Of a stretch of DNA of 64,000 nucleotides, positions 37,390 through 64,000 are shown piece after piece. The notes beneath the pieces were generated by a model that worked only from the letters and a program-made list of their open reading frames with translations, searched no databases and had not been told where the DNA came from. The stretch is taken from NCBI RefSeq assembly GCF_006345805.1, contig NC_043026.1, positions 7,688,001-7,752,000 on the forward strand, written 5' to 3'. The translations under genes and the position numbers were made by a program. The DNA comes from Octopus sinensis. Taxonomy: Eukaryota. Position 1 is the stretch's first letter; each line of letters begins with the position of its first letter.

Positions 37390-37680
37390 AGGAGAAGCAA
37401 CTTAGGTAACTTCGATTAACTTAGATTGGTTCCGGCCATTATGGGCCCAAACCATGACTAACTCAATAGCACCTCCTGGAAAAGTCTTTAAGTTAATTAT
37501 TTCGGGACACCATGGACCACTCGTGCAGAAAGTTGTTTGTGGCTGAGACGTATCCAGGTGTAGGTGGTTTATCTGGTATTTCCTGGAGGAATTTGTCCAG
37601 GTACCCTTTGAAAGTTGTAGGGTTTTTTTTCTACTTTAATTTCTTTTGGGATAACATTGAAAAGTGCAGGATCGTTTGCA
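37390..37680 (-). mobile_element. CR1/L2-group LINE 3' end remnant
   Basis: Minus translation TTFKGYLDKFLQEIPDKPPTPGYVSATNN, typical of the C-terminus of these ORF2 proteins. Confidence 0.65.
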
Positions 37681-37953
37681 GTGAAGAAAAGAAATATATA
37701 TATTTCGTTTTGGATTTGATTTGCAAGATTCTTTATAAGAGTTCGTGTGTTGAAGCATATTCTGTTGTGTCAAGATTATTGGGAGAGTCAAGATTATTGT
37801 GTCTGAGGAGAGTCAAGATTATTGAAAAGGTTGCAAGACGCAACGAAAATTTTAGGAAAATAAAAATAAGAGATGATAAGTGGAAATTTTACCGGTGAGT
37901 GTGTTAGATTATAAGGCACAAAAAGAAAATGTCTCTCCCCAGACACAACAGTA

Positions 37954-38140
<187 letters not shown>

Positions 38141-39244
38141 TATATATCATCATCATCATCATCATCGTCGTTTAACGTCCGCTTTCCATGCTGGCATGGG
38201 TTGGACGGTTCAACTGGGTCTGGAAAGCCAGAAGGCTGCACCAGGCCCAGTTTGATCTATATATATATATATGATTGTACCAGCCCCATGGTCTTGATGT
38301 TTATCTTTTTAGAAGTTAAGGGAAATTTTTCGTTTTATGATCACAAAATAAAAGCGAGAAAAGCAACATTCTTCAGAAATGTCCCAAAAGACATTGAATA
38401 TTTGGTAATCTTATCTATATATAACAACCTGTCTATAGTGAAGGTGTAGCAAGGTAGTAAGCCCCAGTTGATGTGTGTTTTATGCTGCATGGCATCACCA
38501 ATAATCACTCTTCTACCCACACACACACACCGTTTTCCCCAATAACCTTCCACACCAACACTTTTTTGGCAGCCCTGAATTATTTGTCCAAATATTCTTC
38601 TGGAAACCCACTGTTGCTATCACAATAGAAACTGATATTTCTGTTGCAGTTTGTGGTGGTGTCAGTGATGGTGTGATGCTTACGTCCATTGAAGTTTCAA
38701 CCACTTCCACCCAAGTGTCTTTGAAAACTTGGTCACAGATACGAAATATCTTGCAATCCAGCAGAGGACAGACAGACTAAGAAAGACAGAAAGAAAGAAT
38801 GAAAGAACAAAAGGAAGAAAGAAAGAAAGAACGAAAAACGAAATAAAGAAATATAGATAAAAAAAGAGAGAGAGAGAAAGAGATGGATGGATATACATAT
38901 AGATAGAGAGAGAGAGAAATAGACAGACAGATAGATAGATACATAGAGGGAGAGAGAGATAGATTCATTCATTCATTCAAAGAAAAAGAGGAGAGAAAAT
39001 TTACTCAATACTAAAAACCACAACAGAAAAACAAGCCAAATTTCTCAATTTTGGCAAGATTTGCTGCTAAAAAGCAAAGTGGATTAAGAGGCCACCCAGG
39101 GTGCAACAGACTGGTTTAGTTCTTCTTATTGGGCTCCTCTGGGTGAGTTTGGTGCCAATGTATACAGCTAACCTTAATAGAAATACAAACACATACACAT
39201 GAATGTGTGTGTGTATATATATATATACATATCTATATATATAA

Positions 39245-39373
<129 letters not shown>

Positions 39374-39833
39374 CATGCATATGTACATATATATATATAT
39401 GTACATATATACATACATATATATATATATGCGTGTACATATATATGCAGTGATAATGCATAAATTAAATTTTAAATTTTATTTTTTTATTTTTATTCTT
39501 AATTTTAATTCTTTCAGTTTCAGTTACAATTATAATCACTATGGTTTAAATTTTTTCTTACATTTTTGCATTGTTTTTCAAAACATACGCATGCATTAAA
39601 TCCAGTTTTATAATAAATCTATTTCTGTTTCAAAATCTTTTCTCCATTTTTTATACTTGTTTATGGTATATTCTTATACCTTTAATGAATCTCCCCAAAT
39701 ATTATTTTCATATTCTTATTACCTGTTTTGGCTGTTTTTCATGAATATGATGAATCCTTATTAGAAATTACCTTTTCTTTCTTTTTGGATCCCCGAAAAG
39801 GTTTGAATTGTTCTTTTTGAACTTACCTTTTCT

Positions 39834-39888
<55 letters not shown>

Positions 39889-40189
39889 CAAATGGAAATT
39901 GTAGTTGTGATTCCCATGCCAGTGGCACATAAAAAGCACCATAGCCGATCATGGCTGATGCCAGTACTGCCTTGACTGGCTTCTGTGTCGGTGGCCCATA
40001 AAAAGCACCCAGTACACTCTCAGAGTGGTTGGCGTTAGGAAGGGCATCCAGCTGTAGAAAGACTGCCAGATCAGGCTGGAGCCTGGTACAGCCTCCTGGC
40101 TTCCCAGACCCCAGTCAAACTGTCCAACCCATGCCAGCATGGAAAATGGACGTTAAACGATGATGATGATATATATATATATATATATA

Positions 40190-42420
40190 TATCATTATAC
40201 TGACCAGACTATCCAGTGCAGTTATACATCACTATTCACAATGCACTTCCACTTCTTTCTTGACTGCATCATTCTTTTCCATCTTGTCCTAAATCGCTTA
40301 ACTAAATCATCTTCCCTTTGTTGTTGTAGAGGCTTTCTGAGTGCCCTCTTCTGCTCCCTTGGGTACCACTCAGCAACTGCACTCAGGTGCACTGTTGTCT
40401 GCAAGCTTTGCAGCATGTCTGGCCCAACAGACATGCTGTTTCAGTCTCTTGTGAGCACATCGTCCACTCTGATCCATTCTCAAGGGATCTCATTTTGAAT
40501 ATCCCCCCCCCCTGACATTCCTAGAATGGACCTCTCTACGGCCCTTTGTGTCATAGCCTATCAATGTTCTTCCCTCTTCATAGCAGCCCGCATCTTATTT
40601 GGATATAAGAGCTCAGAAAGGACAGTGCTTTTGAAGAGTGTGGCATGTATGGTCTTGCTGAGCTTTGCTTTGAGAACATCCTTTATTGAGGTAAATGTCT
40701 TCTATCCTGCCCTTGTTCTTGAGATTTCAACATCCATGTTTCAGCACACATTCTCTGTATGCCCTATGGAGACACTCCTTTATTTTCTTGATTTCATCAG
40801 TTCCCACCTCGATACAGCCTTGTACAACAATTTTTCAAACTACATATATTTTGTTTCCATGCTGTTCATTTTCAAGACCTTCTGCTGAGTTGGGTCTCCA
40901 GTTCTGTCAGCAGGGTCTGCAGCTGATCTGTAGTTTCAGCAACAAATACAATGTCGTCTGTGAATTGGAAGTATGTTAGGAGCTTGCTGTGAATATTCAT
41001 GCAACCTGCCCAGTCAATGTCTCTAATGACCATTTATAGACATTCAGTGAAGAGCTTTAGAAAGATGGTTTCTCCTTGTTTGACACCCTTCCCAATTGGA
41101 ATGATTCTTGCTGGCAGCAATAGCAGAGTTAGATCTCTCGTTCATCCAGAGTTTGCATCCCTGAGCAATTTGGTGTGTTGCACCTCAACAACCTGCATTT
41201 TCAGCTCTTTTAGCTCTGCATTTCCCTTGCTACTATCAAAGGCCTTTTTGTAGTCACCAAAAGCAATGCACAGAGGCAGCTTGTATTCTTTCACAAATTC
41301 TGTTTGAGTGAATACATAATCCATCCCTCTATAGTTGCTCCCTTGGCTGCTCGTCATTCAGCTGTTTCCATAGTCTGCTCACAGTGACCTGTATTTGATA
41401 GATGCGAGACAAGAGCTATCTGCTATGGTTTGTATTTTAGATTTTTTTCATCACCGTTCTTATGAAGCATGATGATATTAAACTCTTTCCACAGTGAGGG
41501 TCTTTTACCCTTCTCCAGATCAAAATTAAACTGCAGAACAAGGATTTCCCCCATCTCTTCACCCCTGCCCCTTAACATCTCTATTGTTATGCCTTCTTTT
41601 CCTGGAACTTTGTTTCCATCAGTTTGAAGCCATTTTCAATTTCACTGACCAGAAGAGGCGGCACTTCTTTCAAAATGTCTGATGGTGGAAGAGCAAGCTT
41701 CACCAAAAGTCTGGTGTAGGTTTTGCTTGCTTTTTGCCTCTCCCCTTTGTCTGTCTCTATAAGCCCATCCTTGTTCTTAAGCACATTCACCTCTGACCTT
41801 ACCTCCTCAGCCTGCATCCACTTCATCAATCTATAGTCTTGCAAGTCATTTTCCAGATGGTGTCTAATCACTTTGCAGAGAACAAAATACTGAAGGTGGC
41901 CTTTCACGTTGCTCTTCATAGTTTCCCATTTCTCTAGCATTTTCTTCATCTCTTCTAAGATTCTTCTGTTAGGCTCCAGCTGACTTGCAGCTCTCACCTT
42001 CCACATGTAGCTTTTAATTTTCTTCATGTATACAAGTGCTAAACATTCGTATTTCACCCTGGAGATCATCCAGACCTGGGCTCCCATAAATGCTGGTGAA
42101 GACAAAATGAAAGAATTCAACCAAGAGCTTGAGAAAGAATTGGCTCACATTTCCACTTATGCTGTAGTGACAAGATTTCAATGCAAAAGTTGGAGAAAGA
42201 TGGCAGAGAGAAAAATATGTTGCAAAGTATATATTGAGAGAGAGAGCAATGAAAGATGAGAATGTTTGGTTATGATGGCTGAAGCATGAAGACTTTACAG
42301 CTTATTCAGGAAGTAATCTAGGAGATGGACCCAGATAGCCATAAGCACTCAGTATAAAAATGAAACTGACTACATCCTGGTCAAGAGATGGTGTGCACTG
42401 CAGGACATCTTGATGATGGC
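40190..42420 (-). mobile_element. Decayed RTE-clade LINE with inverted 5' (endonuclease) segment
   Basis: Minus strand 42010-40190: EYKLPLCIAFGDYKKAFDS, GVKQGET, FTDDIV. Plus strand 42050-42420: IIQTWAP, DFNAKVG, NETDYIL. Confidence 0.8.
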
Positions 42421-43676
42421 ATCATAAACACACTAACACTGCCTGGCAAGCAGTGGTGAGGGACAAACACACACACACGCACATCATATATATATATATA
42501 TATATACACACACAATGGACTGTTTCCATCGACTGAATCCACTCACAAGGCTGTGGTCGGCCTGGGGCTATAGTAGAAGACACTTGCTCAAGGTGCCACA
42601 CAGTGGGACTGAACTCTGAACTATGTGGTCGAGGAGCAAGCTTCTTACCACACAACCACGTCTGTATTAGTATATATATATATATATAATCATCATCATC
42701 ATCATTACTAAATATGTTTCAAAACAATTCCCTTGACTGAGCTGGGTTGTGATTTTGAGAGAAAGGGTTTTATGTCAGGTGTTGAAAGATAAAGGCTTGA
42801 TAGAGAGACAGCAACAAGTGTCTTGTAGAATAGACACCTGATGCACATATATACATCCATACACATATACATACATACATATCATGATATATAATCTGTG
42901 AGAAAGCACCATGATTCACTTGTGAATGAATTTTGATTTTTACCAGCTCTAGCTACCATGTAGAAGTTTCCTTCATTGCTTCATGCATATGTAAAACAGT
43001 AGGGTATGATTTGAGGGAGAGTTAGCTGCTATTTCTACCAGGTCTAGATACCATGTACAGGTCTCCCCCATTGGCTCGAAAATACATATATATATATACA
43101 TAAGACAGTAGGGTGTGATTTGAGGGAGATTTGGCTGCTTTTTCCTCCACTTCTAATTACCATGTAAAGCTATCCCTGCCATAGATGAGACTGGAGGTAG
43201 TTCAAAGGAAATAACTCTTCGTTTGATTATCTCCACAGGATTTAGCTCCCTTGCAATATTCTCTTTTAATGAGACCTGAATGTTGGTTGCCTGCACAATT
43301 CACGTGAAAGTCCTCCCTCTCCATGCACGTGAGAAGTATCTTCTTTTATTTAGGAAATTAGGGAACTTTTATACCATCTTACTCTAGTTTTGTAGCTGAA
43401 TTACAATTAAATCGTACTTAACCGTCAAAATAAAGGAAGTTCACATTGGACAATGTAGACCTAGAAACACTATACTTGAATAAAAAACGAGATGGTATTG
43501 GATGAAGCATCTTTGACCATCGGTCTGCTGGATCAGGACTGACCTGGGATTAGATAAATTCAACAACAAGGGACACATTAGATCATGTAGTGCTAGATAT
43601 ACTGTCTGAATAAAAGATGATACAAAATCCCTTATTGAGATTTAATAATAATAATAATTCTTTCTCTTATAGACAC

Positions 43677-43952
43677 TGTGGTGTGTGCGAGAGATTCAAA
43701 ATGAAGGCACCAACCTTCTCTTCGCTCTGATGGAGACCCTTCAGTGGTAACGGATCCTTCGACACAGCCTGACCTGAACACTAGAGATAGCAGCTGCTTC
43801 ACCCAACCATAGCAACGTGTTCACCCGTCTTAACACCTCGACGACCCTGGCTCGAAAGGCAGAAATTGCCGGTCGCTGTGCACACGTCACGGCTGCCCCT
43901 TCCGGTCAACCCCGGTTCCGGTCAGCTCCCCAGCTGCTGACGTCATCCCACA
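43677..43952. mobile_element. Solo LTR-like insertion (276 bp), 5-bp TSD
   Basis: TGTGG...CCACA termini; GACAC duplicated at 43672-43676 and 43953-43957; splits a SINE tail (atagacac|aaggcctgaaatttt). Confidence 0.85.
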
Positions 43953-45266
43953 GACACAAGGCCTGAAATTTTGGGTGAATGGGCTAGTTGATTATATCGA
44001 CCCCAGTACACAACTGGTATTTGTTTTTGTTGACCTTGATAAGGTGAAAGGTAAAGTTGACCGTGACAGAATTTTATCTCAGAAATAAACTAGAAGACAT
44101 GTTGCTATGCATTTCGTCCAGTTTGTTAACATCTCTGCTTCTTGTCTCCAGTGCTCAGGTGCTCCCACAACTCTTCAGAAATGGTTAAATGAAGAGACAG
44201 AAAGCAGACATATAAGCCAAGTAAAGAATGTGGGTATTGTGCAGTTTTTATGATTTTATACAATAAACACAGATGGGAGAGAGTTTTAATACAAAAGAGA
44301 CGAAGGACCTTGCCCCACTTTTATCTCCAAGTATGATTTTGGGGCAAATACGCTCACTTCACAACTAAGTGGCTTTGGGTTCAATCCCAGTGCATGGCAC
44401 CTTGAGCAAGTATCTTCTATTTTAGCCCCAAGCTAACTAATGCCTTGTGAGTGAATTTGGGAGATGGAAACTGTATGAAAGACTGTTGTGTGTGTGTGTG
44501 TGTGTGCACATGTGCGTGTGTGTGCTTATTAATGTCTATGATAGTCAATAAATGGTGTGTGTATACATACATATATATGTATGTGTGAAGGTGTAGGCTC
44601 AGTGGTTAAAGCATTACGCTCACAATCATGAGATAGTGACTTCAGTTCTCAGACAGGGCTGTGTGTTGTGTTCTTGAGCAAGACACTTTATTTTATGTTG
44701 CTCCAGTTCACTCAGCTGTAGAAATGAGTTGCAATGTCACTGGTGCCAAGCTGTATTGGCCCCTTTGCCCTTCTCTTGGATAGTATCGGTGGAGGGGGAG
44801 GCTGGTATGAATGAGCAACTGCTGGTCTTCCATAAACAACCTTGCCAAGACTTATGCCTCAGAGGGGAACTTTCAAGGTGTAATCCTAGGGACCCATTTT
44901 ATGTGTGTATGTATTTACAATAGCTATATCATGATAAAGTTCGTGTATTTATTTATTTTGCAGGGTAAGTGGATGAAGGAAGTCTTTAATTTACCATCAA
45001 CTAACCCTTGATGTTACAAGGAAAATTTATGCCACAGCAAACAATGAGACAATTTAGAAAATTAAAAATATAACAGAAATACCTTTTTCAATTTGTATTT
45101 TACTATATTTTTATTATAGATTTTAAAGAAAATCATCAAAGGCCAGAAATGGTTAAGAAGCAGAGAAATCCCTAATCCTACCCTAAAACCCCAACTTAAA
45201 AAGAATTCTGGTAAAATGAAATAGATTTAAAAATACTGGAGCAGAATTCCATATGATTAAGCATGA

Positions 45267-45301
<35 letters not shown>

Positions 45302-45782
45302 AGGTACTTTCCTTCAAAATGCTCCTGTTAAGTCACCAGGGAATGTGTAGCAGCTGACTACGAGGGGGCAGCTCTCTGTCTTCCAATTGTCACATCCTCA
45401 ATGGGCCAAAGGTAGCACTGTTCTGAAGAGTTTATACTTGTCAAACCATTCATGAAAGTCAGCTACAGGCCACCAGCTCGAACTTGTTTGTGTGCAAAGG
45501 CTGAGATTTGAGTTTTTATTATCTACTTTTGTCATTTCTTTGATGTTCTTCTGCTTGTTGCTGCAGCCTCATTGATTTGGCAAAGTTATGCCAAGGGAGG
45601 TAACAGCTGAAATGGAGAAAGATATTTAGAGAGAAAGAGAGAGAGAGAGGAATGGAAATAGAGGAATTAGTGAGAAAATAGAGAAAGAGAATAAGAGAGA
45701 AATAGAGGGAGAAGGGGATGGGGAGAGAGAACATTTGTGTGTTCAACTGAAATGTTTAACATAATGAAACAGCTCTATATTT

Positions 45783-45926
45783 AATAATAATAATAATAAT
45801 AACAATAATAATAATAATGATAACAATAATAATAATAATAATAACAATAATAATAATAATGATAACAATAATAATAATAACAATAATAATAATAATAATG
45901 ACAACAACAATAATAATAACAATAAC
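45783..45926. repeat. (AAT)n-based higher-order microsatellite
   Basis: AAT with periodic AAC/GAT variants. Confidence 0.9.
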
Positions 45927-46391
45927 ATCGAAAAATACCTTAGGAATGAGAACCCAGGTTCGAAATTTCCCCAAGACACCTGAAGAAGGCTGGAGGGTAT
46001 ACCAGCCAAAATGTTGTGTTAACAACAAACAAGATGAGGACAAATATCCGTCAAATGTAAATAATGTAAATAAAGAAACAATGTCATGAAGATTTATAAA
46101 TTTATGGATTTATAGATAGTTAAAGTGAAATAACCTTAGCAAATAGCTGTGAATGTTAAACTTTTATCTATTATGTATTCCAGATCAAAGGCTGTGGTAA
46201 TGTGTGGACATCACTACCCCGTCCCATAGTTTTTTTGTTTTTGCTATCAGGTTTAAATGCTTATCAGTTTTATGAGATGAGACAGGCACATACATCATTA
46301 GATCTGACAGTTAATTAGGCAGACAGACACACAGACAACAATAGACAGATGGATAGGTAGACAGACAGACAAACAAATAAATAGATAAAGG

Positions 46392-46429
<38 letters not shown>

Positions 46430-46720
46430 TAGATAGGTAGATAGATAGACAGATAGATACACAGACAGAGAGGTAGGTGAGTTTTCAGATATATCAATAG
46501 ATATACAGATAGGGAGACATGAATAGATATACAAACAGGTGTTGTATTTAAAAGTAGTTTTAATTGAAAAAGATTTCAAAAGAAATTCTTGAAATTCTTT
46601 GCTTCTATTTAATATATTGATATCATATTTTCAAATATGCCGACTTATATCATGGAATTTCCATGGGTCCCACTAGTTACTATTATTATTGTTATTGTTA
46701 TTATTATTATTATTATTATT

Positions 46721-47241
46721 GTCTTTGCACAGCTTCTAACGTTGGAGATGTACTACAGCGTCAGCTGTTCACTACCAGTGAACTAAGGTAACACCCCTTA
46801 TTTTCGAGCACCATCCAGAATATTCAAGCAATTCCAAGCAGTGCAGTTTTCTGCAAGTCCTTCACCCTTATTGCAGCCCCTATTTGTTCCATTTACTTCT
46901 CAGGATTTTTACTCACTGTTCCCAGGGCTCCGACAATTATTGGTACTACTACCACCTTTTTCATCGACCACAACTGCTTAACCTCCCAAGCTAACCTGTC
47001 ATATCTATTGACTTTTCTTTCTTCCTTATCGCATACTTTGTTGTCAGCTGGACATGCTATATCTATGATCCAGCATCGTTTGCTTTCTTTCTCAATTAAC
47101 ACTATGTCTGGTTTCTAATTCTCTATCTCATGGACGCACTGAATCATAAAATCCCATAGGATCGTTGCATTATCATTTACGATATCTTCGGGTTTATGTT
47201 CATACCACTTTTTTGCTCTGTCAAGTCCATACTTACTCCAT
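46721..47241 (-). mobile_element. R4/Dong-type non-LTR element 3' end (restriction-like endonuclease) in (TAA)n
   Basis: KWYEHKPE...ILWDF...KPDIVLIEK...CWIIDIACP...K...Y..LAWEVKQLW...VVPIIVGALG...LQKTALLG; (TAA)n arrays on both sides. Confidence 0.9.
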
Positions 47242-47242
47242 A

Positions 47243-47278
<36 letters not shown>

Positions 47279-47417
47279 GCAATGGCAAGAGAAATAAAAA
47301 AAAATGTAACAGAAAGTTGACAGCAAATGTTATTATTGTTGTTGACATGGTGGTGTGGTTGATGTTTTCTTATTATTGTTGATGTTGCTGTCATGCTTGT
47401 CATTGTGGTTGTCCTCC

Positions 47418-63169
<15,752 letters not shown>

Positions 63170-64000
63170 CTGTAGCAAAATAACATTGTGTCAGAGATGG
63201 AAGCACTAGACCCTCTGCCGTGGCACAATGACACGGTGTCACACAGAGGCACATGTCTCATTGTTAGTATATTACCCTCATCATTGTTTTTTCTCCATTT
63301 TCTACAATGTGTGTGTGGGGGGTGGGGTGTAAAGAAGCACTTGTTTTCAGTACTTCTTTGAGGGGAGAAGGGATACTGCTGACCGCATTGGGCTCAGTAA
63401 TGGGAGTCTTTGAAGGATCTTGTTTCATTACTTTTTTTCCCCCAGTCCTTATTCACATTTTTTGATAGTTCTCCATGTAGACTCAGCAACCGTTTTCTCT
63501 ACCCACAAAATTTCCATCAACCAATTGAATTACCTGCCCCTCAATTAACATATAACTGGCTGAGTATACCAGAGACACTTGTATTCGGGCCAAAGAAGCA
63601 GGATACAATGTATGACAAGGCCATACCTTTTGAATTACATATATAATCTGCACAGCATGCTTCCATACAGTTTCCCTTGCTCCATTTACAAGATAGGGGT
63701 CAACCGAAGGCTGTAAAAATGACATTTGATCAGGATGGATTGAACTTGGAACCTTGTGGTTGCAAAGCAAACTTCTTAACCATCCAACCACATGACACAC
63801 CAGTAACAGGATTGTTAGATATTAACCTCTGTGCTTACTGTTCCAGCTAGAAATAGTTGCTAAATAAACCTCTAATTACCAAAATATACAGTAGTTTCGA
63901 TAAAGCAATTACAAAATAGTATAATATATGGTTAATATAACAAGATATGTGACTTGGACAAATCGGAATTATTATCCAAAGAATTAGTAGACAAAAATAC

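Noticed and set aside
45975-46020. Hammerhead copy in the PLE tail
   Set aside because: Catalytic G12 is replaced by A (AAAATGTT); not expected to be active.

Overview
Eukaryotic, AT-rich, microsatellite-dense DNA. The repeat content ((TA)n/(CA)n/(TAA)n arrays, tRNA-derived SINEs, RTE LINE tails ending in (GAT)n) looks like an octopus or other coleoid cephalopod genome (inference). Most listed ORFs are microsatellite or TE artefacts. One real gene can be reconstructed: a minus-strand annexin with seven GT-AG coding exons (63169 to 47418; 872 nt, all four repeats with intact Ca2+-site motifs, N-terminus outside the window). A probable second minus-strand gene starts in a CpG-rich region near 36.5 kb (MSEDWNTY...). 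The rest is mobile DNA: a near-intact 5'-truncated CR1-group LINE, many RTE fragments carrying a PHD finger inside the RT, R4/Dong-type fragments, two solo LTRs, a deleted Gypsy, mariner/hAT remnants, SINEs and a 28S rRNA fragment. The most interesting signal is a set of short Penelope-like/retrozyme-like elements in TA-rich microsatellites. They carry type I hammerhead ribozyme folds (about 13.3, 23.5, 36.9, 37.3 and 49.6 kb), built-in inverted copies, in one family a tRNA-like Pol III cassette, and in one case a circularly permuted inverted monomer. All folds and alignments were done by eye; no searches were run.
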